A DNA stretch of 64,000 bases, from the NCBI GenBank assembly GCA_964653455.1, contig CAZZFK010000003.1, positions 60,819-124,818 on the forward strand, in the 5' to 3' direction. The notes beneath the pieces are model-generated. The model saw only the letters and a list, made by a program, of their open reading frames with translations. It was not told where the DNA came from and made no database searches. Within the stretch, counting starts at the first letter, position 1. Every line of letters begins with the position of its first letter. This DNA is from an uncultured bacterium. GTDB lineage: Bacteria > Margulisbacteria > Termititenacia > CAZZFK01. Shown piece after piece: positions 10,010 through 18,483 of the stretch. A program made the position numbers and the translations under genes.

Positions 10010-10156
10010 ATGGACGAAAATAACATTCCAGTAAAAACACAAAAAGAAGAAGAACGATCCAGGCGCGGTTTTGATTATAATTGGTTCGCGGTCCTGGGCG
10101 TTGTTTTATATATTATTTTGATCATTGTGTTGCAGCGTGTTTTCCATATCATATAG
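10010..10156 (+). CDS. Small single-TM membrane protein, 48 aa (unannotated)
   Basis: AAGGAGG RBS, then MDENNIPVKTQKEEERSRRGFDYNWFAVLGVVLYIILIIVLQRVFHII*. Its stop overlaps the AGGAG RBS of the next gene. Confidence 0.7.
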   Translation: MDENNIPVKTQKEEERSRRGFDYNWFAVLGVVLYIILIIVLQRVFHII

Positions 10157-10165
10157 GAGCGGCTG

Positions 10166-12481
10166 TTGCTCAATAGTATGAAACTGCCAATTTTTTTAAA
10201 AAATGCGCTCAATACGGTACGTGCATTATACAGATATATATTTGATCTCACGGAGGTTTCTGCTCAGCATCGAGGGCATAATGATCCCGGACGTCTCCTG
10301 ATCGTTTCGAACCGTCTGCCGGTAACTGTTTCTATCAGTAGCAGCAACGTTGCGTATGAACCGAGCTCCGGAGGTCTGGCGACCGGGCTTGCTTCATATA
10401 TCAAAAATAGTGAACACAAGAACAGTTCCCTCTGGATAGGGTGGCCCGGCAGCACGATATGCGAAGAGAAAAAACTCCAGGTCCAGACCGATCTCTTTCA
10501 TGACCATGCCTGTGTTCCTGTATATCTTGATGAGACTGCAATGGATCAGTTCTATCATGGGTTCTGCAATAAAACGCTCTGGCCCCTTTTCCATTATTTT
10601 CAGGTATTCACTGAATTCCGTGATGATTTTTGGAAGAATTATGAGGAGGTCAATCAACGTTTCTGTGACGCGGTACTGGAACATGCCGGACCGAACGATA
10701 CGGTATGGGTGCATGACTATCATCTGATGCTTTTACCAAAAATGCTGCGGGAAAAAATCCCCAAATTGAAAATAGTGTTCTTTCTGCACATCCCGTTCCC
10801 GACCTATGAGATATTCCGGTTATTGCCCAAGAACTGGCGCGAATCGATCCTGTCCGGTCTTTTGGGTGCGGATGTTATTGGGTTCCATACGCATAGCGAT
10901 GTTCAGTATTTCCTGAGCTCGGCGCTGCGTATCCTTGGTATTGAACATACAACAGGACAATTGCGCTATGACGGACGTCTTATAAAGGTCGACGCGTTCC
11001 CTATGGGGATAGATTTTCAGAAATTCAACTCTGCGGCCAGCTCCTCCGCGGTCACAGCTGAAAAGGATACGATCCGTAATAGCTTTGGGAACAGAAAGCT
11101 CGTTCTTTCTCTTGACAGGCTGGATTATACAAAGGGGATCAAACAACGGCTGCTCGGGTTTGAACGGTTCATTGATGAGCATCCTGAGTGGGTCGGTAAC
11201 GTGTCACTGATGATGGTCATTATCCCGTCGCGTATCGCGGTCGGCTCCTATCAGGACATGAAAAAACAGCTTGATGAAGAGATCGGGCGTATAAACGGCC
11301 GGTTCACGAAACTTGATTGGACCCCGATCATATACCGATATAAGAGCATTCCTTTTACGGAGCTTGTCGCGCTGTACGCCGCGGCAGATGTCGCATTGGT
11401 CACACCCTTGAGGGACGGGATGAACCTTATAGCCAAGGAGTATCTGGCCAGCAAGGCTGATGCGACCGGAGTCCTGATCTTAAGCGAGATGGCGGGGGCT
11501 GCGAAAGAATTAACTGAAGCGATCATCATCAATCCGAACAACACTGAAGAAATGTCGGCCGCTATCCATACAGCCCTGAATATGCCCGTTGAGGAGCAGC
11601 GACGTCGCAATGAACACTTGCGCTCACGGCTTGAGCGCTATGATGTGGCGCGTTGGGCAAAGAACATACTGGATAAGGTGAATGAGGTCTTTGATATACG
11701 TATACGGTCCACTTCTGCGGTATTTTTGGGCAATGAACAGCGTGAATTCGTCAAACGAGCGCTCCGCATGTCCGTCAAAAAGCTCATACTGCTCGACCAT
11801 GACGGCACGTTGGTCCCTTTTATGGATGATCCGATACTTGCAGAACCAGGACCGAATGTTATCTCGCTGCTCTCAAAGTTATGCAACGTGACGGGAACAG
11901 ATGTGGTCATTATCAGTGGACGTGACAAGGCGACCCTTGAATCGTGGTATGGAGGATCGCCCGTGCAGCTGGTAGCCGAGCATGGTGCGTCTGTCAGGAA
12001 TAAAAATGGTGTTTGGCGAACGAAAAAACACCTGCATAGCGGATGGAAACAGGACCTTCGCCCGATATTCGAGAAATATGCCGATGCACTCCCGGGGTCA
12101 TTTGTGGAGGAAAAAGAACATTCACTTGTCTGGCATTATCGTATGGCGGACCTGGAACATGGGGCCATGAAGAAGAAAGAGCTGATAGATGATCTGGTAC
12201 ACTTTACCGCGAACGTTGATCTGAGCGTGCTGCAGGGGAACAAGATCGTTGAGATACGCAATAGTACAGTGAACAAAGGCTCGACGGTAGGTGAGTTAGT
12301 GAGCAAGAAAGCGTATGACCTTTGTATCGCGATCGGGGATGATGTCACCGATGAAGACATGTTCAGGGCCGTTCCCAAAGGCTCCATCACAATAAAGGTC
12401 GGCACGGGAGATACGGCCGCTGCTTATTATACAAAAAGCTATCGTGATGTTATTGACCTGATAAAGAATTTGACGGATTGA
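10166..12481 (+). CDS. otsAB: Bifunctional trehalose-6-phosphate synthase/phosphatase (GT20 + HAD-IIB)
   Basis: LLIVSNRLP, SSGGLA, WVHDYHL, FFLHIPFP, DRLDYTKGI, TPLRDGMNLIAKEY, LSEMAGAA, then DHDGTL and IGDDVTDEDMF. Confidence 0.95.
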   Translation: MLNSMKLPIFLKNALNTVRALYRYIFDLTEVSAQHRGHNDPGRLLIVSNRLPVTVSISSSNVAYEPSSGGLATGLASYIKNSEHKNSSLWIGWPGSTICEEKKLQVQTDLFHDHACVPVYLDETAMDQFYHGFCNKTLWPLFHYFQVFTEFRDDFWKNYEEVNQRFCDAVLEHAGPNDTVWVHDYHLMLLPKMLREKIPKLKIVFFLHIPFPTYEIFRLLPKNWRESILSGLLGADVIGFHTHSDVQYFLSSALRILGIEHTTGQLRYDGRLIKVDAFPMGIDFQKFNSAASSSAVTAEKDTIRNSFGNRKLVLSLDRLDYTKGIKQRLLGFERFIDEHPEWVGNVSLMMVIIPSRIAVGSYQDMKKQLDEEIGRINGRFTKLDWTPIIYRYKSIPFTELVALYAAADVALVTPLRDGMNLIAKEYLASKADATGVLILSEMAGAAKELTEAIIINPNNTEEMSAAIHTALNMPVEEQRRRNEHLRSRLERYDVARWAKNILDKVNEVFDIRIRSTSAVFLGNEQREFVKRALRMSVKKLILLDHDGTLVPFMDDPILAEPGPNVISLLSKLCNVTGTDVVIISGRDKATLESWYGGSPVQLVAEHGASVRNKNGVWRTKKHLHSGWKQDLRPIFEKYADALPGSFVEEKEHSLVWHYRMADLEHGAMKKKELIDDLVHFTANVDLSVLQGNKIVEIRNSTVNKGSTVGELVSKKAYDLCIAIGDDVTDEDMFRAVPKGSITIKVGTGDTAAAYYTKSYRDVIDLIKNLTD

Positions 12482-12509
12482 CAAGCGGTCATCTGAGGGA
12501 GCGTGAGAT

Positions 12510-12629
12510 ATGACATTAGCAGGATGGATATTTATGATCTCATACTGGACACTGATCTTTGCTGTTTTGATCTTTTGTTTCGGATATATCTTTGTTCAAG
12601 AGCGAGCGAAATACAAGAAAAAGCGATAA
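12510..12629 (+). CDS. Small membrane protein, 39 aa (unannotated)
   Basis: GAGGGAG RBS, then MTLAGWIFMISYWTLIFAVLIFCFGYIFVQERAKYKKKR*: a hydrophobic helix with a basic tail. Confidence 0.7.
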   Translation: MTLAGWIFMISYWTLIFAVLIFCFGYIFVQERAKYKKKR

Positions 12630-12724
12630 TCGCCCGGGCATAAGATATGTATTCCGTATCCTTTCAAAAACAACCCCTACGGCTTATAATGAGTTCGGCA
12701 AGATAGACATTGGGGGTATATGCT

Positions 12725-14188
12725 ATGGTCTCCATTCAACGAAAGTCCTTAAGGATGAGCCCCGACCCCAAAAGGGTCGTTGCGCGCCATTATATGACGT
12801 ACGACAGTGCGTGTGTCAGAACGGTCGCCGAGCAGGTCCTGAATATGTCTGCCGATGAAGTGAGCAAAATGTTCAGGGATATTTTGGAGCACTATTCTTC
12901 CCGTCATCGTAGTATCACGAAGGTGCTGAAATACCATTTTGAAAGAGCCATGAGCGACGGCAATACCGGACTTTCTCCGGATGCTTTCAGCGAACAGCAG
13001 CAACTGGTGTTGGGGGCCTATTTCACGATGGAATACTCTATCGAATCCGCGGCCTTTTTCAATCCTTCCATCGTTGAAGCTCCGGACCAGAGCGGACTCT
13101 CTGCCGGTGAGAAAAAGGTCATAGTAAGTTTTCGGGCTGTCGGGGAGGGCCATATTTCTTCCCTAGTGTTCAGAGAAGGTATTATCAACAGAAGAAATGA
13201 CCTGAAAATAAACCCCAATCGCAACAATATCGTAGATATGCCCGAAAAGATAACCAGGTTCATCTATGAAAAGGAAAAATTCGTTCAAAAGATGAAGGAG
13301 ATGGCACTGCCTGAAAAGATCTGTCTACTTGCCGAAAAAAAACTGAAGGATACCTTTGTGTATGGAAAGCTGCGTGATTGGCTGGAGGCCTGTTCTCTCG
13401 ATCCCGCATTGGATGAAAAGGAAAAAGAAGTGTTGCCTCAGGTGCTGTGGCTGGCAAAGTCGCACTACGAAGTATCTTTTTCTTTAGATACATCCATATC
13501 GGAACGGGTCCTTTTCCCGATCTCATACCGGGAAACGAACGGGATCGAAGATGTTCGTTTTGTGCGTTTTATTGAAGATACCGGAGAGCCCGTCTACTAT
13601 GGTACCTACACGGCATATAATGGCAGTTCGATACTCCCCAAACTTTTGAGAACAAAAGATTTTTACACGTTCACGATATTGCCGATACATGGTCCGCACG
13701 TACAGAACAAAGGTTTAGCACTGTTCCCCAGAAAGATAAACGGTAAATATGTCATGTTGTCGCGCCTGGACGGCATCAATAATTACCTTATGTATTCCGA
13801 TGATATCTATGTCTGGCCGGAAAAAGCGGTCTTGCTCCAAAGACCCGAATTTCCCTGGGAGTTCATGAAGGTCGGCAACTGCGGCTCTCCGCTGGAGACA
13901 CCTCAGGGCTGGCTTTTGATCACACATGGAGTAGGCCCAATGCGCCAGTATTGTCTGGGTGCGACGCTGCTAGACCTGAAAGACCCCTCAAGAACGATCG
14001 GACGGTTAAAACAACCGCTATTGATCCCGAATTCCGAAGAAAGAGAAGGGTATGTCCCGAACGTGGTCTATTCCTGCGGGAGCATGATACACGGAGATGA
14101 TCTGATCATTCCCTACGGGATGGCGGATCAATGCTCCACCTATGCGGTCGTTCCGCTCAAAAAGCTTCTACAAGAATTGACCGCGTAA
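12725..14188 (+). CDS. GH130-like glycosidase/phosphorylase (PH1107-related, five-bladed propeller)
   Basis: EYSIESAAFFNPSIV, YYGTYTAYNG, NKGLALFPRKING, VGNCGSP, THGVGP, REGYVPNVVYSCG. A separate promoter-like TTTCAA-17 nt-TATAAT lies upstream. Confidence 0.8.
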   Translation: MVSIQRKSLRMSPDPKRVVARHYMTYDSACVRTVAEQVLNMSADEVSKMFRDILEHYSSRHRSITKVLKYHFERAMSDGNTGLSPDAFSEQQQLVLGAYFTMEYSIESAAFFNPSIVEAPDQSGLSAGEKKVIVSFRAVGEGHISSLVFREGIINRRNDLKINPNRNNIVDMPEKITRFIYEKEKFVQKMKEMALPEKICLLAEKKLKDTFVYGKLRDWLEACSLDPALDEKEKEVLPQVLWLAKSHYEVSFSLDTSISERVLFPISYRETNGIEDVRFVRFIEDTGEPVYYGTYTAYNGSSILPKLLRTKDFYTFTILPIHGPHVQNKGLALFPRKINGKYVMLSRLDGINNYLMYSDDIYVWPEKAVLLQRPEFPWEFMKVGNCGSPLETPQGWLLITHGVGPMRQYCLGATLLDLKDPSRTIGRLKQPLLIPNSEEREGYVPNVVYSCGSMIHGDDLIIPYGMADQCSTYAVVPLKKLLQELTA

Positions 14189-14193
14189 CGTCA

Positions 14194-16446
14194 TTATTTC
14201 TTTGAAAGATCGTACAATAGTTCTTCATGTGCGATCAATACGGTCATGTGCGCAATAGAGAAGGCCAGCGTGCTTTCAGCCCCCTGGTTTCGGCTGACCC
14301 TGTCTTTCTCCAGTCCATCATTACAGCCTTTCGTTTCAAAGTCGTATAACGGCATGCGTAAAAAATTCTCACCCAGGAACCAGTTGTAGGCCAGGTACAT
14401 TTTTTCCAGAAAAGAGCGGTCTTTGGTCAGCGAGTAGGCCGTGTGATACAGCAGCACCATGCCCATAGCATTGACCGGCTGTTGCGCCGCAAGCGCGGGT
14501 TTCCCGTCTTTCGGATACCAGCCGTTACTGCCAATGACAGAAAGATAGTCGTTCTTGAACTTCGTTCTTTCCAGAAAAGCGAGCGCTTCCAGCGCAATGG
14601 TCTTATACTCTTCATTACGCAATACTTTGTAGGAATGCAGTAAGGCCAGGGGGATCATGCCGTTGGCATAGGCGATGACAGATTCGAACCAGTGCCAATC
14701 TTCGGTGCGTTCGCTCTTATATGCGCTCACGAGGAGCTGTGCCTGTTTTTTCATGATCTGTGCGCAGCGTTCGTTGTCCGGATATCTGTACAGGAAAAAA
14801 GCCAGCCCAATGATGCAGAACGCAATGGCCCGGATGCTTTTGATGTTGTCTATGTTCGGAAGGGCTTTTTCGAACATCTCCCGGCCTATCTGGAACAACA
14901 CTTCATTGGGCGGATAATGTATGAGATAGCCCAGGGCCCAAACGGACCTCCCGAATGAATCCTCTGTCCCTTTTTCATCAAGGAATTTCCGGTCAAAGCT
15001 CAGGAAATTCCGGAACGTGCCGTCCTCGTTCTGCATGTACATGAGGAATTTCAGATATATGCCTATCAGCCGGAATGCTTCGGGGTCCTCTTCCTGCCGG
15101 TAGGCCATGATCGTTGTGATGAGCGCCCGCGCGTTATCGTCCGTGCAATAACCTTCCTTGAGATTTGGGATGCTATAGCGCGCGTGCTGTACGATGCCGG
15201 TATCATCGGTCAGCCGGATGATATGTTCCAGGCTGAACTCAGGCATACCTGTGGGCGTGAAAGGAAGGGGACTGTCGATGTTCTTGACCTGCTTGGACTG
15301 CTGCTTTAAACAGCGATTGAACTCAGAAAGATATTCTTTTCCGATCACAGACCATGTCGTTCTTCTGCCATAGGCATAGGCAAGCCTGCGGGTATGTTCA
15401 AGTTGCCTCGGATTATCCAGCAGCTGCATGAGAATACCAGATAATTGCTGGGAATTATTAAAATCGAACAGGTATCCTCGGTCATCGGCCAGGACCTCCT
15501 CGGCATGCCAGTAGGGCGTGGAAATGACCGCGGCGCCGGAACCGATGGCATATGAGAGCGTCCCGCTGGTGATCTGGCGTTTGTTCAGATAGGGCGTGAT
15601 ATAGATGTCCGCAGCGGAAAGATACAGGACCAATTCTTTCTCGCTCACGAATTCATCATGAAAATGGACATGATCTTCCAGCTCCAGTTTCTCCACAAGC
15701 CTGATGAGATAGTTGCGGTATTCCTCCCCGGAATATTTAAGGACATGCGGATGGGTCTTGCCGAGGATGATATAGGTAAGGTTCGGATGTTTTTTTATGA
15801 GGTCCGGCAGCGCACGTATCACGGTCTCTATCCCCTTATTACGGTTCAAGAGGCCGAAGGTCAGGAGCGTTTTTTTATCCTCCAGATTGAGCGCCTGTTT
15901 GCAGCGCAGCCCATGCTTATAATTGATGTCCGGGACACCATGTTGTATGAGCTTGATCTTTTCTGCGGGTACACCGTAGGTGTTTGTCAAGAATTGGATC
16001 GCTTTATTGCTCATGACGATAAGTTTCTCCGCTTTTGCGGCTATCTCCTGAATGATTATCTTTTCATTGAATGACGGAGCTTCAAGGACCGTATGCAGTG
16101 TGGCATAGACCGGGATCTTTAGATTATGGATCAGCGAGAGGAGATATATACCGCTTTCTCCGCCATAGATACCATATTCGTGTTGAATGAGGCAGATATC
16201 CGCTCCGCTATAGTTTATATAGCCCGCCGCTTCGATATAGTCGCGTTGATGTTCCTGGCGTATGACACATTCCACGATCTCGGGATATGAATACCTGTCC
16301 ATCGGAGATTGCATGGCGGTAACGAACACATCTGCCTTAGGCAAATGCTGTTTGACGAGAGCTTTGAGCAGATTTTGAGAGAAGGTCGCGATACCGCATT
16401 CTCGGGGAGGGTAGGTACAGATAAGGGCTATTTTGAGCTTTTTCAT
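14194..16446 (-). CDS. GT4 glycosyltransferase fused to a C-terminal (alpha/alpha)6-like domain
   Basis: TYPPRECGIATFS, IQHEYGIYGG, FGLLNRNKGIE, YITPYLN..QITSGTL, STPYWHAEE, then TDDTGIVQHA, YCTDDNARAL, NQGAESTL. Start MKKLKIA follows an AAGGA RBS. Confidence 0.85.
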   Translation of the reverse strand: MKKLKIALICTYPPRECGIATFSQNLLKALVKQHLPKADVFVTAMQSPMDRYSYPEIVECVIRQEHQRDYIEAAGYINYSGADICLIQHEYGIYGGESGIYLLSLIHNLKIPVYATLHTVLEAPSFNEKIIIQEIAAKAEKLIVMSNKAIQFLTNTYGVPAEKIKLIQHGVPDINYKHGLRCKQALNLEDKKTLLTFGLLNRNKGIETVIRALPDLIKKHPNLTYIILGKTHPHVLKYSGEEYRNYLIRLVEKLELEDHVHFHDEFVSEKELVLYLSAADIYITPYLNKRQITSGTLSYAIGSGAAVISTPYWHAEEVLADDRGYLFDFNNSQQLSGILMQLLDNPRQLEHTRRLAYAYGRRTTWSVIGKEYLSEFNRCLKQQSKQVKNIDSPLPFTPTGMPEFSLEHIIRLTDDTGIVQHARYSIPNLKEGYCTDDNARALITTIMAYRQEEDPEAFRLIGIYLKFLMYMQNEDGTFRNFLSFDRKFLDEKGTEDSFGRSVWALGYLIHYPPNEVLFQIGREMFEKALPNIDNIKSIRAIAFCIIGLAFFLYRYPDNERCAQIMKKQAQLLVSAYKSERTEDWHWFESVIAYANGMIPLALLHSYKVLRNEEYKTIALEALAFLERTKFKNDYLSVIGSNGWYPKDGKPALAAQQPVNAMGMVLLYHTAYSLTKDRSFLEKMYLAYNWFLGENFLRMPLYDFETKGCNDGLEKDRVSRNQGAESTLAFSIAHMTVLIAHEELLYDLSKK

Positions 16447-16485
16447 GGCCTGGTATCCTTTTTTGATGATCATTAAGAACCATCT

Positions 16486-16510
16486 AAAAAAAACGGCACA
16501 TGGTGGCCCG
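16486..16510 (-). terminator. Putative expression-platform terminator of riboswitch copy 2
   Basis: Minus strand CGGGCCAC-CAT-GTGCCG bulged hairpin + T8, built partly from aptamer nucleotides. Confidence 0.55.
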
Positions 16511-16547
16511 ACCATCTGCAAACCTCTAGTACCGGAATACTAGACCC
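16502..16547 (-). ncRNA. Riboswitch aptamer, nhaA-I-like (Li+/Na+ class), copy 2
   Basis: GGG-[TCTAGTA TTCCGG TACTAGA hairpin]-GGT-TTGCAG-ATGGTCGGGCC-ACC. Same architecture as copy 1 with a compensatory GGC/GCC to GGT/ACC change. Located in the 5' UTR of the GT4 gene. Confidence 0.75.
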
Positions 16548-16622
16548 TTGAAAACGTTAATGTATTGATATCAATATATCATACTGAAGGGAAATGAACA
16601 GCTTTTATTTGATCGAAAGTGC

Positions 16623-17705
16623 TTAGGCTCTTGTTCCGTACACTTTCCAGAACGTCACAATAACAGAAACGATCGGTATCGCGAGGACCATCCCCCAAAG
16701 ACCGAAGACCTCACCGCCGCACAGCAGTATCATGAAAATAACGAGCGGGGAGAAGGCGGTCGCCTTACTGAACACCTGCGGCGCGATGATGTTCGCCAGA
16801 ATGACCTGACGTATCGCAAAAAAGATCACTATTGGCATGACCAATGCCGGGGAATGCAGCCACGTGATCAGAAGGATAGGGACTATCGCGATGATCGGTC
16901 CGAACAAGGGGATGAACTCCATGAGCCCCGTGAGCACGCCGAAGATGAGCGAGAACTTAAGCCCGATAATGACCATGAAAAGGAACGTTGAGAACCCGCT
17001 AATGAACGCCAGGAACATGAGCCCTCCGAAATAATTGACGAGCTGGGTATATGCCGACGTAAGGAATTTCTTTTCACGCAGGGAAGCTTCCTGTTCCATG
17101 AATTTCTGTATCTTTTCCAGTATCGAATGGCGTTCCGAAAGAAGATAGATGCACATGATGAACGCTATCAGAAAATTAAAGAGGAAAGAAGTGATGCTCG
17201 AAGCGGACTTGATCACACCGTCGAACAGCGAGGAAAAGAACTGTCCGCTTTGGGCGACGTATTTCGACGTCAACTCGCTGAAAGAAACGTGTGTGAGGTC
17301 TTCTATGACCTTTTGTATCGAAGCGGAGTTCGTCTGGATCTCGGCAACTTTTACCGCAAATCCTTTTTCAAAGGCCGGTATCGCGCTGGAAAGGTCCATC
17401 CCCTGGGTGAGCACCTTTGGCAGGAAGAGCACGGTGAGTACAAGCATAATGGATATGCACGCCAACAGGATGAGTATCGACGCGATATGTGAATGGGTCA
17501 TCTTTTCAAGACGCGCAGCAGCGGGACGTAAGAACAAGTACAGGACGCAGGCGGTCATTGTTATGGAAAACGCGGTCGGGGCAAAGAATTTAAGCCCGAG
17601 AATAGCGATAAGAATGAAGAACCATCGACGTTTGGATATTATCAACGATACCAGTTCCTGAAACAGTTGTGAAATATTCCCTGCTGTTCTTTTTTGCTTT
17701 GCCAT
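16623..17705 (-). CDS. AI-2E family transporter
   Basis: Multi-TM protein with GLMEFIPLFGPIIA and GGEVFGLWGMVLAIP motifs. Start moved to MAKQK. Confidence 0.85.
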   Translation of the reverse strand: MAKQKRTAGNISQLFQELVSLIISKRRWFFILIAILGLKFFAPTAFSITMTACVLYLFLRPAAARLEKMTHSHIASILILLACISIMLVLTVLFLPKVLTQGMDLSSAIPAFEKGFAVKVAEIQTNSASIQKVIEDLTHVSFSELTSKYVAQSGQFFSSLFDGVIKSASSITSFLFNFLIAFIMCIYLLSERHSILEKIQKFMEQEASLREKKFLTSAYTQLVNYFGGLMFLAFISGFSTFLFMVIIGLKFSLIFGVLTGLMEFIPLFGPIIAIVPILLITWLHSPALVMPIVIFFAIRQVILANIIAPQVFSKATAFSPLVIFMILLCGGEVFGLWGMVLAIPIVSVIVTFWKVYGTRA

Positions 17706-17748
17706 GACCGTTCCTTTCTGTATCTGTAGAACGTGGGTGTCTGGGCTG

Positions 17749-18483
17749 TTACTGCAAAAGATCGATATTATTGACAAGGCCTTCTCCGATCAAGACCGCG
17801 TTCACTCCCTGAGTAATGTCCCCCCGCGTTTTGATACCGCTCTCACTGACAATGACCTTGCCTTCCGGGATCATTTTCATCAGGCGTGGCGTTGTGGTGA
17901 GGTCCATCGTGAAATCCTTCAGGTCGCGGTTATTGATGCCGATGATCGAAGCTCCTGCCGCCAGCGCTTGTTCCAATTCCTGTTCATTATGGACCTCGAC
18001 CAGTGCGCTCATGGTGAGGTCATGCGCGGTCTTCTGGAAGGTCCTCAATTGTTCGGGGGTCAGGATCGCTGCGATAAGTAATACGGCATCCGCACCGATG
18101 GCACGTGCTTCATAGATCTGCAGTTCATCGATGATGAAATCCTTGCGCAGGAGCGGAAGGGGGGATATCTGTTTGATGCGCGTCAGGTAGTCCTTGTGCC
18201 CCTGGAAGAACTGCTCGTCGGTCAGAACGGAGAGAGCTGCGGCGCCAAGGGACGTATAATCGAGGGCGATACGGACGGGATCGAAATCGTTGACGATGAT
18301 ACCGCGGGAAGGGGATGCTTTTTTCACTTCGGCGATGACGTTCACTTTGCCGGGACGTGAAATGGCCGTCTTGAAGTCACGGGTCGTGGTGCCGTCAATT
18401 TTAACGATGAGAGACTCGATGGTCTCACGAGCCTTTAGCTCTGCGACCTCGATCTTTTTTCTCTCAATGATAGTGTTCAGCAT
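17749..18483 (-). CDS. trpC: Indole-3-glycerol phosphate synthase
   Basis: IAEVKKASPSRG, LSVLTD, LRKDFIID, GINNRDL, VSESGI. Confidence 0.97.
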   Translation of the reverse strand: MLNTIIERKKIEVAELKARETIESLIVKIDGTTTRDFKTAISRPGKVNVIAEVKKASPSRGIIVNDFDPVRIALDYTSLGAAALSVLTDEQFFQGHKDYLTRIKQISPLPLLRKDFIIDELQIYEARAIGADAVLLIAAILTPEQLRTFQKTAHDLTMSALVEVHNEQELEQALAAGASIIGINNRDLKDFTMDLTTTPRLMKMIPEGKVIVSESGIKTRGDITQGVNAVLIGEGLVNNIDLLQ

